A stretch of 64,000 bases of DNA from Dehalococcoidia bacterium (GCA_965197965.1 OZ240235.1:996666-1060665); one strand, 5' to 3'; positions 10,923 to 20,486 are shown, counted from the first letter of the stretch. Numbers and translations: made by a program. The notes: generated by a model not told the origin, from the letters alone.

Positions 10923-11654
10923 CTAGCGTGTATCCTCGGCCTCGTGTTCGGTCCAAGCCCCGGCTCCCACCAGCGGGACGAAACGACACGACCCGTGGTT
11001 CTTCACGGAATAGCCGTCGTGCGATTTTGTAACGAGCAGAAGATCTTGCGAGCTCCGTGATCCCACCGGTATAACTACACGGCCACCTTCGCTCAACTGC
11101 TCGAGCAGCACCCTAGGCAGTCGAGGCGCCGCTGCGGCCACTACGATGGCATCGAACGGTGAGTCCTCACTCCTCCCCAGGACATCGCCTGCCTGATGCA
11201 CCGTGACGTTGTGATAGCCCAGAGACTGCAGACGCTCCCTTGCGCTATCGGCAAGACTCTTAAACCGTTCCGTGGTAATCACCTCTTTGGCAAGCAAAGA
11301 GAGCACCGCCGCCTGATACCCCGATCCCGTGCCTACCTCCAGAACCTTGTCGCCGGGCTTGAGGTTGAGCATGGACACCATCATGGCCACAATCATCGGT
11401 TGAGATATGGTCTGCCCCTCGCCTATGGGCAGGGGGATGTCTTCGTAGGCGAGGTGCCTGCTGGCCGCGGGTACGAACGCCTCTCTGGGCACCCTTGCCA
11501 TGGCGTCCACCACTCTGCGGTCTTTGACTTCCCTGTCAATCAGCCGCAGGAGCCGTCTCTTTTCCTTCTCAAGGTCCAAGAGTGACTTTCCTCTCCATGC
11601 CGACCATGCTTCAAGAAGGTTGGATAATCCGCTAACCCGCACCAGTGTGGTCAT
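10923..11654 (-). CDS. pcm: protein-L-isoaspartate O-methyltransferase
   Basis: VPREAFVP, GQTISQPMIVAMM and VLEVGTGSGYQAAVLS motifs. The start was chosen at the internal ATG; the ORF opens at 11735. Confidence 0.88.
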   Translation of the reverse strand: MTTLVRVSGLSNLLEAWSAWRGKSLLDLEKEKRRLLRLIDREVKDRRVVDAMARVPREAFVPAASRHLAYEDIPLPIGEGQTISQPMIVAMMVSMLNLKPGDKVLEVGTGSGYQAAVLSLLAKEVITTERFKSLADSARERLQSLGYHNVTVHQAGDVLGRSEDSPFDAIVVAAAAPRLPRVLLEQLSEGGRVVIPVGSRSSQDLLLVTKSHDGYSVKNHGSCRFVPLVGAGAWTEHEAEDTR

Positions 11655-11756
11655 ATTATTACAGATTCCCAGAGAGGTGGCATAATAGGCTTGACAAAGG
11701 TGACGTCCTTGAATGGCTGAGTTGGCCGGGGACACGCTCTAACAAAAGGTCACCCA

Positions 11757-12395
11757 ATGGCAAGAATACACGGACAGATTGGCAGCCTAAACCACCTTAT
11801 CGAATTACTCAGGGGATCAGGCATATATGGCTTTGAGACGCTGGACTCCATCCGTAAATTTCGAGCCAGCTACAAGGATACAATCCAGAAAATAGGAGAG
11901 AATAGCAGAGCGCGCTTGTCGCAAGATATAGCAAATCTCGAGTCCAAGTATCAAAAGCTATCATCTGACCTAAACAACAAAATCAAGAGGCGGGAGGATG
12001 AACTGGTTGTTGAACTCAGGATGCTGAAAACACAGATGAATGCAACCAAACCCCCAACGAACTTTTTCGGAAGGGTAGTTGCATCTGTTAAGAATCGAAG
12101 AATCTCAGGAAGAAAGGCGGTTCTTGAGAGTTCCTTTAGAAGTGAACTTGAAAGACCGTTTAGGCGATCTTTGGTAGATGTTGCCCGCATTCAATCTGGC
12201 ATCAAGAGTAAAAAGGCCAACCCAGAAAGATGGATAGAAAGATACTCATCTAACGAAATTGCAAAACACCAAAAACATTGTCGATATTCCAAGCCAATCG
12301 CTCACTGTTCTACGGCGCAGAGGGTGAAGAGCGGGCATTGCAAGAGTTATCGAAGCTGCCGGACTCGTACACTGTCATCAATGATTACAGATTAA
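11757..12395 (+). CDS. Coiled-coil hypothetical protein; the last ~40 codons look out-of-frame
   Basis: AT-richer ORF with heptad-like Lys/Glu-rich sequence up to about 12270. It then runs into a Cys/Arg-rich tail that overlaps the NERD ORF by 118 nt. Confidence 0.4.
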   Translation: MARIHGQIGSLNHLIELLRGSGIYGFETLDSIRKFRASYKDTIQKIGENSRARLSQDIANLESKYQKLSSDLNNKIKRREDELVVELRMLKTQMNATKPPTNFFGRVVASVKNRRISGRKAVLESSFRSELERPFRRSLVDVARIQSGIKSKKANPERWIERYSSNEIAKHQKHCRYSKPIAHCSTAQRVKSGHCKSYRSCRTRTLSSMITD

Positions 12396-12823
12396 AGTTT
12401 GCTAGACCAATCTACAACAGGAAGGAAGATGACAGGATATACTCAGTACAGATAGATCACATCGTCATTGGACCGACCGGCATCTATCTGGTTGAGACCA
12501 AGAATTGGAGCAAAGATTCGGTGGAAAGCCGAGATTTGTTCTCCCCGGTAAAACAATTGAACAGACACAGCTTCGCCATGTTCGTCTTGCTGAACGATGC
12601 AGTTAGAAGCGGGGGGATGTGGCGGGTATTTTCAGGAAACTGGGGAGACTGGAAAATCTCTCCTAGGAACATCATTTTGCTCATGAATCATAAACCACGA
12701 GAAGAATACCAGCATGTGAAAATTCTGACCCTCCAAGAAATTGTCCGTTACATTTCCTACGGAACACCGATATTCAGTGAAACAGAGGTAGCCACTCTCT
12801 CCGACTATCTACTCTACCCTTAA
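12278..12823 (+). CDS. NERD domain-containing protein
   Basis: GAEGEERALQEL ... YSVQIDHIVIGPTGIYLVETKNW matches the NERD nuclease-related pattern (GxxGE ... D-H-hhh ... ExK). TTG start; this frame is open from 12254. Confidence 0.75.
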   Translation: MSIFQANRSLFYGAEGEERALQELSKLPDSYTVINDYRLKFARPIYNRKEDDRIYSVQIDHIVIGPTGIYLVETKNWSKDSVESRDLFSPVKQLNRHSFAMFVLLNDAVRSGGMWRVFSGNWGDWKISPRNIILLMNHKPREEYQHVKILTLQEIVRYISYGTPIFSETEVATLSDYLLYP

Positions 12824-12880
12824 GGTTATATCCTAAGCGCCGATATGTCATACGACACATGCGGCAAAGCGCTCATCTGG

Positions 12881-12950
12881 TTCGACAGGCTCACCATGAG
12901 CGCTTTTTCCCCGCTCACTCCCTTCGACTAAGCTCAGCGTGAGCGGCTTT
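12881..12950. repeat. REP-like extragenic element, family 1
   Basis: Contains ttcgacaggctcaccatgagcg and ctcactcccttcgac.a.g.tcag.gtgagcgg, with an internal 8-bp inverted repeat (ccgctcac/gtgagcgg). A second copy lies at 18095-18172. Confidence 0.75.
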
Positions 12951-12990
12951 GCCTGACATACGGCCCGCGCAGGCCCGAGGTGAGCCCGTA

Positions 12991-15900
12991 CTACGGGACT
13001 ATCGGCGGCACCTCAATCTCGTGGAGCAGATTGACGAACTCCTCCAAGTCCTTGTCCTTGACCTGCTGCAAGCTGTGAAGATGGGGATCAATTCGGCCCG
13101 TGATGTCGGTGAAGACGTCGTATATCTGCTTGGGCGGCTTGAAGTCGGCGGCTGCAATCACGTTCATCAGCTCGGCTAGCTTGCGATTGAGCTTCGTCTG
13201 AATGTGGAGGCGGTCCCTCTCGCCCCTGTAGCCGGTCTGAATCAGCTCGCTTTCTATGGCGGTGAGCCTCTCTTTGAGACCCTCGGCGGCGGCGGTCACG
13301 GTCTCAGCAGCGGGGGAATTTTCGGCGCGCTTGGCCCACTCTTGAGCCTGGTCCCGGATGCTGCGCAGGTCAAGGATGGCGTCGGTGAGCTCCGAGAGCT
13401 TGTCGCGCACCTGCAGGGCGGCGGCAAGCTGTTCGTCGAAGTCCTGCTGGCTGGCAGCAACGCGAGGGTCTTTGAGCAACTGGAAGCTCTGAGTTTGGGA
13501 CTCGCCGTCCACGGTCAGGGTGGCTGTGTACGTTCCAGGCGTGGCCAGGGGGCCGGTGGTCACGGGGTCCAGCGCCTTGTCATCGGGAACCTTGCGGGCG
13601 TACGGATAGCGCATGTCCCAAACAAAGCTGTTGCCGCCCTGGCTGGCGGGCAGGCGGGGGTCTTCCGGTTGGTATGGGGACGGTTCCGCTAGCTTCAAGC
13701 TGGAGAAGGTCTTGATCAGACCGCCGTTGGAGTCGTGGAAGGCCAGGGTCGCTTCACTCTCCGGAGCGTCTTTCAGATAGTAGGTGAGGATAACGCCAAA
13801 AGGCGGGTTCTCACCGGCGTCGAGCAATTTCTGAACAACGTTCCCCATCTCGTCCTTGGTCTCGTAGTAGGCTATGGGAGCGCCCAGGGAAAGCATGTAG
13901 TTCTTGCCAGCCGAACCACGCCTGGCTCCAAATGGCGCGGCGGGACGGTACGTATCGCGGGGCTTGAAGAGATACGCTCTCTTGTCAGCTATATCCTGGC
14001 TTATCTGGCGCAGGCGGGTAACATCGTCCAGTATCCAGAAGGAGCGGCCGTGAGTGGCGGCCACCAGGTCGTCGTCCTTCACGGCAAGGTCGTAGACAGG
14101 GACGGCGGGCAGATTGGACTGAAGGGGCTGCCAGGCCGCTCCAGAGTCGAACGATACATAGGCTCCGGTTTCGCTGCCCGCGTAGAGAAGTCCCTGGTTG
14201 ACCGCGTCTTCACGTACGCAGCGCAGATAATCGCCCTCGCGGATGCCGTCTACCATAGACGTCCAGGTGGCTCCGTAGTCCGCGGTCTTCAACAGCATAG
14301 GCCTGGGGTCGTCCATCTTGTAACGCGTGGCGGTCATGTAAGCCACGGCAGGGTCATGGGAAGATGGTTCGATCATAGTGATCAGGGTCCACTCGCCAAG
14401 GTCTTTGGGCGTAACGTCCTCCCAATTCTCGCCGCCGTCACGGGAGACGTGCACTAGGCCATCGTCCGAACCGGCCCAGAAGAGACCCTTTTCCAGGGGC
14501 GACTCCGCGAAAGCGAAGATGGTGGCGTAGGTCTCAGCGCCGGATGTGTCCTTAGTGATGGGGCCGCCGGAGGGCTCAAGCGTGGAAGGTTCATGGCGGG
14601 TGAGGTCGGGGCTTATGGCTTCCCAGCTATCGCCCTGGTCGGTGGAGCGGAACACCATATTGCCGGTTACGTAGAGGACGTTGGAATCATGCGGGGAAAA
14701 ATTGATGGGATACGTCCATTGGAAGCGGTACTTCATGTCCTTGGCGCCCCAGCCCGTGTGGAACTCCGGCCAAACCGTCACGATGCGTACCTGACCCGTA
14801 CTATGGTCGTAGCGGAGCAGGTTGCCGCCTCCGCCGGGAGAGCTGCCTATTGCGCCTGAGAAGACGATGTTGGGGTCGTCAGGATGAACGGCGATATAGC
14901 CGCTTTCAGAGCTGCCGACCGTGTAGCAATCACCCCAGGGAATGACGCCCTTGTGGGTGCGGGAGGGCACGCTTATCGCAGAGTTGTCCTGCTGGGTGCC
15001 GTAGACGCGGTAGGGAAACTGGTTATCGGTGTCCACGTGGTAGAACTGAGCGGTGGGCTGATTGTAGATGGTCGACCAGGTGTCGCCGCCGTTGAAGGTG
15101 ACCGTGGCCCCGCCGTCGTTGCCCTCAATCATGCGCAGGGGATTGCGAGGGTCTATCCAGAGGTCGTGATTGTCGCCGTGCGGCGTGTTCACCTGGTTAT
15201 AGGTGCGTCCGCCGTCGGTGGACTTCCATACGGAGGAGTTGAGTATCCACACGGTTTCCGCATCTTTCGGGTCGGCGAAGATGTGCTGGTAGTACCATGG
15301 CCGGGCCTGGACATCCAGGTTGTCGCTGACCAGCTGCCAGGTCTCTCCGTTGTCGTCGGAGAGGAACACCCCCGCCTGCTCCGCTTCAATGGTGACCCAA
15401 ACACGGCCGGCGCGGGCGGCGGAGGCAGTGATGCCCATGCGTCCCTTGAGTCCCTTAGGTAGGCCTGGCCTGCTGCTGAGGTCCTGCCAGGTATCGCCGC
15501 CGTCCGTGGAGCGGAAGATGCCGCTTTCCGGCCCGCCGCTGTTCAGGCTCCACGGAGTGCGATGAGCCTGCCACATGGTGGCAAAGAGTATGCGTGGATT
15601 GGTCGGGTCGAAAGCGAGGTCTATGGCGCCCGTGTTGTCACTGCAAAAAAGCACGCGCTCCCAGTTCTTGCCGCCGTCGGCGGAACGGAATACGCCGCGT
15701 TCACTGTTGGAACCAAAGGCATGACCCAGAGCGGCTACATAAACGAGATCAGGGTCTTTGGGGTGGACTCGGACTCGGGCTATGTGGCGGGTATCTTGCA
15801 GTCCCACGTTGGCCCAGGTTGCGCCGCCGTCCGTGGACTTGTAGACGCCATCTCCGTAGGAGACGTTGCCCCTGATGCACGCTTCGCCCATCCCGGCGTA

Positions 15901-16158
15901 GATGACGTTGGCGTCCGATTCCGCGACGGCGATTGCGCCGACGGCGGAGGTCTTGAAGAAGCCGTCCGAGACGTTTTCCCAGTACGTACCGCCGTCGCTG
16001 GTCTTCCAGACGCCGCCGGTACACGCGCCGAAGTAGAAGACCATGTCCTGCGTGGGATGCCCGGCTACGGCGACCACGCGTCCGCCGCGGGGCGGGCCAA
16101 TGTTGCGCCACCTCAGAGAATTGATAACACCAGTGGAGATTTCTTTGTCAACAGGCAC
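12991..16158 (-). CDS. BNR/Sortilin-Vps10-type repeat protein (glycoside-hydrolase-like beta-propellers)
   Basis: At least 10 S/T-x-D-x-G-x-T/N-W repeats (STDGGATW, SADGGKNW, STDGGDTW, SDDNGETW, STDQGDSW, SRDGGENW and others) over 1055 aa. Confidence 0.8.
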   Translation of the reverse strand: MPVDKEISTGVINSLRWRNIGPPRGGRVVAVAGHPTQDMVFYFGACTGGVWKTSDGGTYWENVSDGFFKTSAVGAIAVAESDANVIYAGMGEACIRGNVSYGDGVYKSTDGGATWANVGLQDTRHIARVRVHPKDPDLVYVAALGHAFGSNSERGVFRSADGGKNWERVLFCSDNTGAIDLAFDPTNPRILFATMWQAHRTPWSLNSGGPESGIFRSTDGGDTWQDLSSRPGLPKGLKGRMGITASAARAGRVWVTIEAEQAGVFLSDDNGETWQLVSDNLDVQARPWYYQHIFADPKDAETVWILNSSVWKSTDGGRTYNQVNTPHGDNHDLWIDPRNPLRMIEGNDGGATVTFNGGDTWSTIYNQPTAQFYHVDTDNQFPYRVYGTQQDNSAISVPSRTHKGVIPWGDCYTVGSSESGYIAVHPDDPNIVFSGAIGSSPGGGGNLLRYDHSTGQVRIVTVWPEFHTGWGAKDMKYRFQWTYPINFSPHDSNVLYVTGNMVFRSTDQGDSWEAISPDLTRHEPSTLEPSGGPITKDTSGAETYATIFAFAESPLEKGLFWAGSDDGLVHVSRDGGENWEDVTPKDLGEWTLITMIEPSSHDPAVAYMTATRYKMDDPRPMLLKTADYGATWTSMVDGIREGDYLRCVREDAVNQGLLYAGSETGAYVSFDSGAAWQPLQSNLPAVPVYDLAVKDDDLVAATHGRSFWILDDVTRLRQISQDIADKRAYLFKPRDTYRPAAPFGARRGSAGKNYMLSLGAPIAYYETKDEMGNVVQKLLDAGENPPFGVILTYYLKDAPESEATLAFHDSNGGLIKTFSSLKLAEPSPYQPEDPRLPASQGGNSFVWDMRYPYARKVPDDKALDPVTTGPLATPGTYTATLTVDGESQTQSFQLLKDPRVAASQQDFDEQLAAALQVRDKLSELTDAILDLRSIRDQAQEWAKRAENSPAAETVTAAAEGLKERLTAIESELIQTGYRGERDRLHIQTKLNRKLAELMNVIAAADFKPPKQIYDVFTDITGRIDPHLHSLQQVKDKDLEEFVNLLHEIEVPPIVP

Positions 16159-16273
16159 GGTTCACGCTCCTTCAGAGGTATGCCATCCAGGATGTAGGCA
16201 ACGGCCCAGCCGCCTCCCGGCACCAATAGAAACTAGAGGCAATTTTAATGACATATACGGCTATGTCAACGTG

Positions 16274-16954
16274 CTACCAGCTTCCGGGATAGAGTATGGG
16301 ATGACCGCCGGCATCTAGCTCCGGCCAGGTTTGAGAGGAGTACTCCGGGTAGGCCTGGCGGTAAATCTTGGTCACGGCTTTCAGCTCCGGAATCGGGTTG
16401 GGATGGTCGTCTATGCGGATGTCCAGGTAGGGGTTGGCGTCTATGCGCTTCCAGTGGACTTGCACTGCGGCGGATTGCCTGCCCCTGTTGTCGCCGCCGG
16501 TGGCCTGGGCCGCCTCCAGACACATGAGGAGTCGCTCTTCCAGGCGCAGGCCGCTGTTTTCCGTTTGCTCAAAGGTGTCTCCCAGCGCCTGCACCACCGC
16601 GGGGCCGACCATGGTGTTGGCGCCGCAAGCGTAGTTCTTGCCGGAGCGGCTGCCATTCCAGGGAGCCAGAGCGGGCGAGGAGTAGGCGGCGGAGAGGCCG
16701 CTTCGGTCAATCAGACTGTACTGGCCCTGCCCTTTGCTGACCTTGATCAACGCTTCCAAGGCAACAGGGGCGGGGAAGCCCAGCTGAAGCAAGGCTATGC
16801 CGCGGCGGCGCTGAGTCTCGTTTGAACTGAAGCCTACCATGCCCACTTCGCCCAGGCCGCGCAGTACGCGTGAGCCTACGGCGGGGTTCTTGGTGGCAAC
16901 GGCTCCTCCAAACTGACCCGTTACTGGGTCGTAGCCGACTATGGTCATGGTCAT
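16274..16954 (-). CDS. DUF1028 family (Ntn-hydrolase fold) protein
   Basis: The N-terminal M-T-(M-T)-IVGYDPVTGQFGGAVATK pattern is typical of DUF1028, with a Thr nucleophile after Met. Confidence 0.7.
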   Translation of the reverse strand: MTMTIVGYDPVTGQFGGAVATKNPAVGSRVLRGLGEVGMVGFSSNETQRRRGIALLQLGFPAPVALEALIKVSKGQGQYSLIDRSGLSAAYSSPALAPWNGSRSGKNYACGANTMVGPAVVQALGDTFEQTENSGLRLEERLLMCLEAAQATGGDNRGRQSAAVQVHWKRIDANPYLDIRIDDHPNPIPELKAVTKIYRQAYPEYSSQTWPELDAGGHPILYPGSW

Positions 16955-17100
16955 GAGAGGCCTCCTTGATGACGGTGTCTAACGGAGGCATTATATCCGA
17001 AAAATTCCTAGACGGGATGCTACACGTGGGGGGCATCCCCGCCTTGTAGGAGGATTCCAGGGAGTGGGGGACCAACCCGGGCCCTCTCCCTTATGGATTC

Positions 17101-17124
17101 CCGTGTCAAGCACGAGAATGACGG
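17101..17124. repeat. REP-like element, family 3 (inverted copy)
   Basis: The reverse complement ccgtcattctcgtgcttgacacgg matches 62301-62324 at 22 of 24 positions. A GGCAACC-N3-GGTTGCC hairpin lies next to it at 17160-17176. Confidence 0.7.
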
Positions 17125-17178
17125 GACGGGCGTTTAGGGATTCCCCCTAGTGACGTTGAGGCAACCCTTGGTTGCCAC

Positions 17179-18057
17179 TCAAGGGTATCTTTCCAACCAC
17201 CACTTGGCTATATCCGTGCGCCGCGCAAACCAGACGTCCGGTTTAGACGCGGCGTATTCCAGAAACCGCTGCAAGGCCACGGCGCGGGCGGGGCGGCCCA
17301 CCATGCGGCAGTGAAGGCCTATGGACATCATCTTGGGATGGGTGGCCCCTTCCTCGTAGAGCCTGTCGAAGGCGCTGCGCATTATCTCGTAGAAATCGCT
17401 GGGGCGGGCAATGAGTCCCTGGAAGAACTGGAAATCGTTCACCTCCAGAGTATAGGGGACAACCAGCCATTTCTTCCCCTTCACGTTGGTGTAGAAAGGC
17501 AGGTCGTCGGCGTAGGAGTTGCAGTCATACAGGAAGCCGCCCTCTTCAATCAACAGCTCACGGGTGTTCAGGCTGGGGGTTGAACGCGTGTACCAGCCCA
17601 GAGGGCGCTGACCGGTGGTCTTGATGAACGACTCCACCGCTTTGCGGATGAGCTCCCTTTCCGTATCGCGGTCCATCTGGTAGTACGTCTCCCACCTGTA
17701 GCCGTGCCCCACCAAATCATGGCCCCGCTTGATGATTTCAGGCCCAACATAGGGATTGCGTTCCAACGCCAGCGCGCAGCCGAAGAAGCTGGCCTTGACG
17801 TTGTACTCTTGCAGAATGTCGAAGACGCGCCATACCCCTGCCCTGCTTCCGTATTCAAAGGTCGACTCCATGTAAAGGTCGCGCTGGCCGGGGTCTACCA
17901 GTGACGGCACTTCTCCCTGGGGGTCTCCGTCCAGCACGGAGTACTCGGAGCCCTCTTCGTAGTTGACGACCACCGAAACCGCGATGCGGGCCCCGTTGGG
18001 CCATTCCACTCTGGGCGGGTTTGGGCCGTACCCAATGAAATCGCGTTCCGTGACCAT
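17179..18057 (-). CDS. polysaccharide deacetylase family protein (PuuE-type allantoinase-like)
   Basis: RDFIGYGPNPPRVEWPNGARIAVSVVVNYEEGSE N-terminus and a NodB-fold layout as in PuuE. Confidence 0.75.
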   Translation of the reverse strand: MVTERDFIGYGPNPPRVEWPNGARIAVSVVVNYEEGSEYSVLDGDPQGEVPSLVDPGQRDLYMESTFEYGSRAGVWRVFDILQEYNVKASFFGCALALERNPYVGPEIIKRGHDLVGHGYRWETYYQMDRDTERELIRKAVESFIKTTGQRPLGWYTRSTPSLNTRELLIEEGGFLYDCNSYADDLPFYTNVKGKKWLVVPYTLEVNDFQFFQGLIARPSDFYEIMRSAFDRLYEEGATHPKMMSIGLHCRMVGRPARAVALQRFLEYAASKPDVWFARRTDIAKWWLERYP

Positions 18058-18094
18058 AGCTCCTCCTCGTTATCGCGATGCGGATACATTACCT

Positions 18095-18172
18095 ACTCAC
18101 TCCCTTCGACAGGTTCAGGGTGAGCGGACGCTTTTCCCGCTCAAATAGTTCGACAAGCTCACCATGAGCGGG
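18095..18172. repeat. REP-like extragenic element, family 1 (second copy)
   Basis: ctcactcccttcgacaggttcagggtgagcgg ... ttcgacaagctcaccatgagcgg shares both modules with 12881-12950. Confidence 0.75.
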
Positions 18173-18209
18173 AAGATGCGCAAGCCTGGACGGCCTGTGA
18201 TTAGCCTGC

Positions 18210-19109
18210 CTAAGGCTGGGGTGGATATCTATCCAGCCACCAGCGAGCAATGTCTATCCTGCGGGCAAACCAGACGTTGGGCCGCGAAGTGGCGTATTTC
18301 AGGAACTGCTCAAGTACGGCGGCCCGCGCCGGCTTTCCCACTATACGGCAGTGCAGCCCTATGGACATCATCTTGGGGTGGGTTGCCCCTTCCTCGTAGA
18401 GCAGATCAAAGGTGTTGCGCATGGCATCGTAGAAATCGTTGGGGTTGGACATGCCTCCCCGCCAGTACTTAGTATCGTTCACCTCCAGCGAATAAGGCAC
18501 GACCAGCCAAGGCTTGCCGCCGGCGCTTGTGTAGAACGGCAGATCGTCCGCGTAGGAGTTGCAGTCGTATAAGAATCCGCCCTCCTCCACGACCAGATCC
18601 CTGGTGTTGACGCTGGGACCGTAGCGGGTATACCAGCCCAGGGGCCGTTGACCGGTTGTCCTGGTGATGGAGTCCACCGCTTTGCGGATCGCCTCGCGTT
18701 CCGCGTCGCGGTCCATATTGAAGTACTCCTCCCACCGGTAGCCGTGCCCCATCACCTCGTGCCCACCTTTCACGATCGCGGGGCCCACTTCAGGGTTGCG
18801 CTCCAAGGCCAGAGCGCATACGTAAAACGTGCTCTTGAGGTTAAGCCGGTGGAAAATGCGAAGAATCCGCCAGACCCCTGCCCTGCTTCCGTATTCGAAG
18901 AACGACTCGTTGGCTAGGTCGCGCTCTCCGGGAGGGACCGGCGACGGCACCTCTCCCATGCTCTCGCCCTCGGAGTCGCCGTCCAAAATCGAGTATTCCG
19001 CGCCCTCTTCGTAGTTGACCACCACGGATACGGCTATGCGAGCCTTACCTGGCCACTCTACTTGGGGCGGGCTGGCGCCATATCCTATGAAGTCGCGCTG
19101 ATTCATCAA
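18210..19109 (-). CDS. polysaccharide deacetylase family protein (PuuE-like), tandem paralogue
   Basis: Collinear with the 17179-18057 product, sharing blocks such as IAVSVVVNYEEG, GWYTR, GGFLYDCNSYADDLPFYT and ATHPKMMSIGLHCR. Confidence 0.75.
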   Translation of the reverse strand: MMNQRDFIGYGASPPQVEWPGKARIAVSVVVNYEEGAEYSILDGDSEGESMGEVPSPVPPGERDLANESFFEYGSRAGVWRILRIFHRLNLKSTFYVCALALERNPEVGPAIVKGGHEVMGHGYRWEEYFNMDRDAEREAIRKAVDSITRTTGQRPLGWYTRYGPSVNTRDLVVEEGGFLYDCNSYADDLPFYTSAGGKPWLVVPYSLEVNDTKYWRGGMSNPNDFYDAMRNTFDLLYEEGATHPKMMSIGLHCRIVGKPARAAVLEQFLKYATSRPNVWFARRIDIARWWLDRYPPQP

Positions 19110-19118
19110 TTCCCCCTC

Positions 19119-19964
19119 CTATGCCACGCCAAAGGCTTTGCTGAAGAACTCCTTGATGTCTTCGGCAACCGGTTTGCCCATGGCGTAAGTGGCGTGACCC
19201 ACGCCCTTGTAGGTGTAGAAGGTATGCCTGGCTCCGCACGTTTCCAAAACACCGGCCAGAGCTACGGGGTTGCCTTGGTAGAGCATGTTTTCGTCCTCGT
19301 CACCGTGGAAGAACCCCACCTCCGGGAGAAGGGACGCCGCTTCTTCTCCCCGCTCCAATATCAGCATGCGGGTCCTGGTCACGGGGTCGTTGCCGGCAAG
19401 GGAGGCCACGGCCAGGTCATCGTCCGCCTCTCTGGGAATACCCCAGGCCTCCAGCAGGTCTCCCTTGAACTTGTGCGCTCGGATGACGCTGTCGAAATTG
19501 AGCGTGGCCTGCTGCAATGCCGCGGCACGGACCTTGCCCAGAAGGGGGCCGGTGACGGCGCTCCACAGGGCGGAGCCTCCCAGGCCGCCGCCAAGCATCC
19601 CCATACGCTCCGGATCAACGTTGGCCTCTTCGATCAGCGAGTTGAACAGGGCGGCGTAAGCCGCCGCCGCGTCGGGTCTGCCCCAAGCGCTGCCCCTGGC
19701 ATGCGAACCGGCCACTACTATTCCTGCGTCGACCAGCGTCCTGATGAAGATGCTATTCCCCTGGTCGTCCAGGGTGTCGGAAGTGGATACGGCGTACTCT
19801 CCGTCACGGACGTAGCCGCTGTTGCCGTGGCACTGGATCACGCAGGGCAAAGGCGGGCCGGACGTAGTGTAAGACGGCGGAGTGCGGAAGAAACACCACT
19901 CGCCGCCGGATTTGAAGAAGACGGTCTGCGCGCCGTCTTCCAGCTGGGGAAGGGAGTCTGCCAT
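19119..19964 (-). CDS. alpha/beta hydrolase-fold protein (family uncertain)
   Basis: 281 aa with alternating beta-alpha pattern and a C-terminal GVGHA His segment. I could not pin down a clean GxSxG elbow. Confidence 0.45.
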   Translation of the reverse strand: MADSLPQLEDGAQTVFFKSGGEWCFFRTPPSYTTSGPPLPCVIQCHGNSGYVRDGEYAVSTSDTLDDQGNSIFIRTLVDAGIVVAGSHARGSAWGRPDAAAAYAALFNSLIEEANVDPERMGMLGGGLGGSALWSAVTGPLLGKVRAAALQQATLNFDSVIRAHKFKGDLLEAWGIPREADDDLAVASLAGNDPVTRTRMLILERGEEAASLLPEVGFFHGDEDENMLYQGNPVALAGVLETCGARHTFYTYKGVGHATYAMGKPVAEDIKEFFSKAFGVA

Positions 19965-20035
19965 GCTGCCTCCTTGAGAATGGACTACACGAACGACATA
20001 TTATCAGATGATTGCCAAACAGTCCGATCCAGGAA

Positions 20036-20482
20036 TCAACCGACTTCCGGGTGTGCGCTCCATGTGCTGAAGGGTTGACTGCCTGCCTGGAGGGTGATTT
20101 CCACAACCTGCCCAGGAGTCAGGTCAACCGGGGTGGTCGGGCCTAACTCGATTCCGTTCGAGAGGTGGACTTCGACTCTTACCCTGCTCAGCGTGGCTTC
20201 AGTTGTGTTCTCCACCGTTCCCTTGAAGGCATTGGCAGTCGAGTCGTATGACAGGACCAGCCGTGCCCCGGCTCGAACCTCGTCAAAGGTATCGTCTAGA
20301 GCGAACTGGGTACCGGATTCTTCGCCACCCTCACCGGACTCTGAGCCTTCGCTATGCTCGCCACCCTCACGAGACTCTCGGCCTTCACTATGCTCGTTGG
20401 ACTCCGATCCGCCATTACAGCCTGTGAGGGCGAGTACGATGGCCAGGCCAAGCACCGCAAAACTTATGGCGAGGCGGCACAT
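20036..20482 (-). CDS. Lipoprotein with duplicated acidic His/Glu/Ser/Gly repeat
   Basis: The internal ATG at 20482 gives MCRLAISFAVLGLAIVLALTGC (signal plus lipobox), then EHSEGRESREGG / EHSEGSESGEGG from a 36-bp tandem duplication (20323-20394), then a roughly 100-aa beta-rich domain. Confidence 0.5.
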   Translation of the reverse strand: MCRLAISFAVLGLAIVLALTGCNGGSESNEHSEGRESREGGEHSEGSESGEGGEESGTQFALDDTFDEVRAGARLVLSYDSTANAFKGTVENTTEATLSRVRVEVHLSNGIELGPTTPVDLTPGQVVEITLQAGSQPFSTWSAHPEVG

Positions 20483-20486
20483 TCCC

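Noticed and set aside
12266-12280. Programmed -1 ribosomal frameshift joining the coiled-coil and NERD ORFs.
   Set aside because: The 0-frame codons CAA AAA CAT do not form an X XXY YYZ slippery heptamer, and I see no downstream pseudoknot or hairpin. A mutation, a homopolymer error or two separate genes is more likely.
19062-20078. 338-aa plus-strand ORF.
   Set aside because: It is antisense to the 19119-19964 hydrolase-like gene. It is Arg/Gly/Ala-rich, typical of GC-rich shadow frames, and has no motif.
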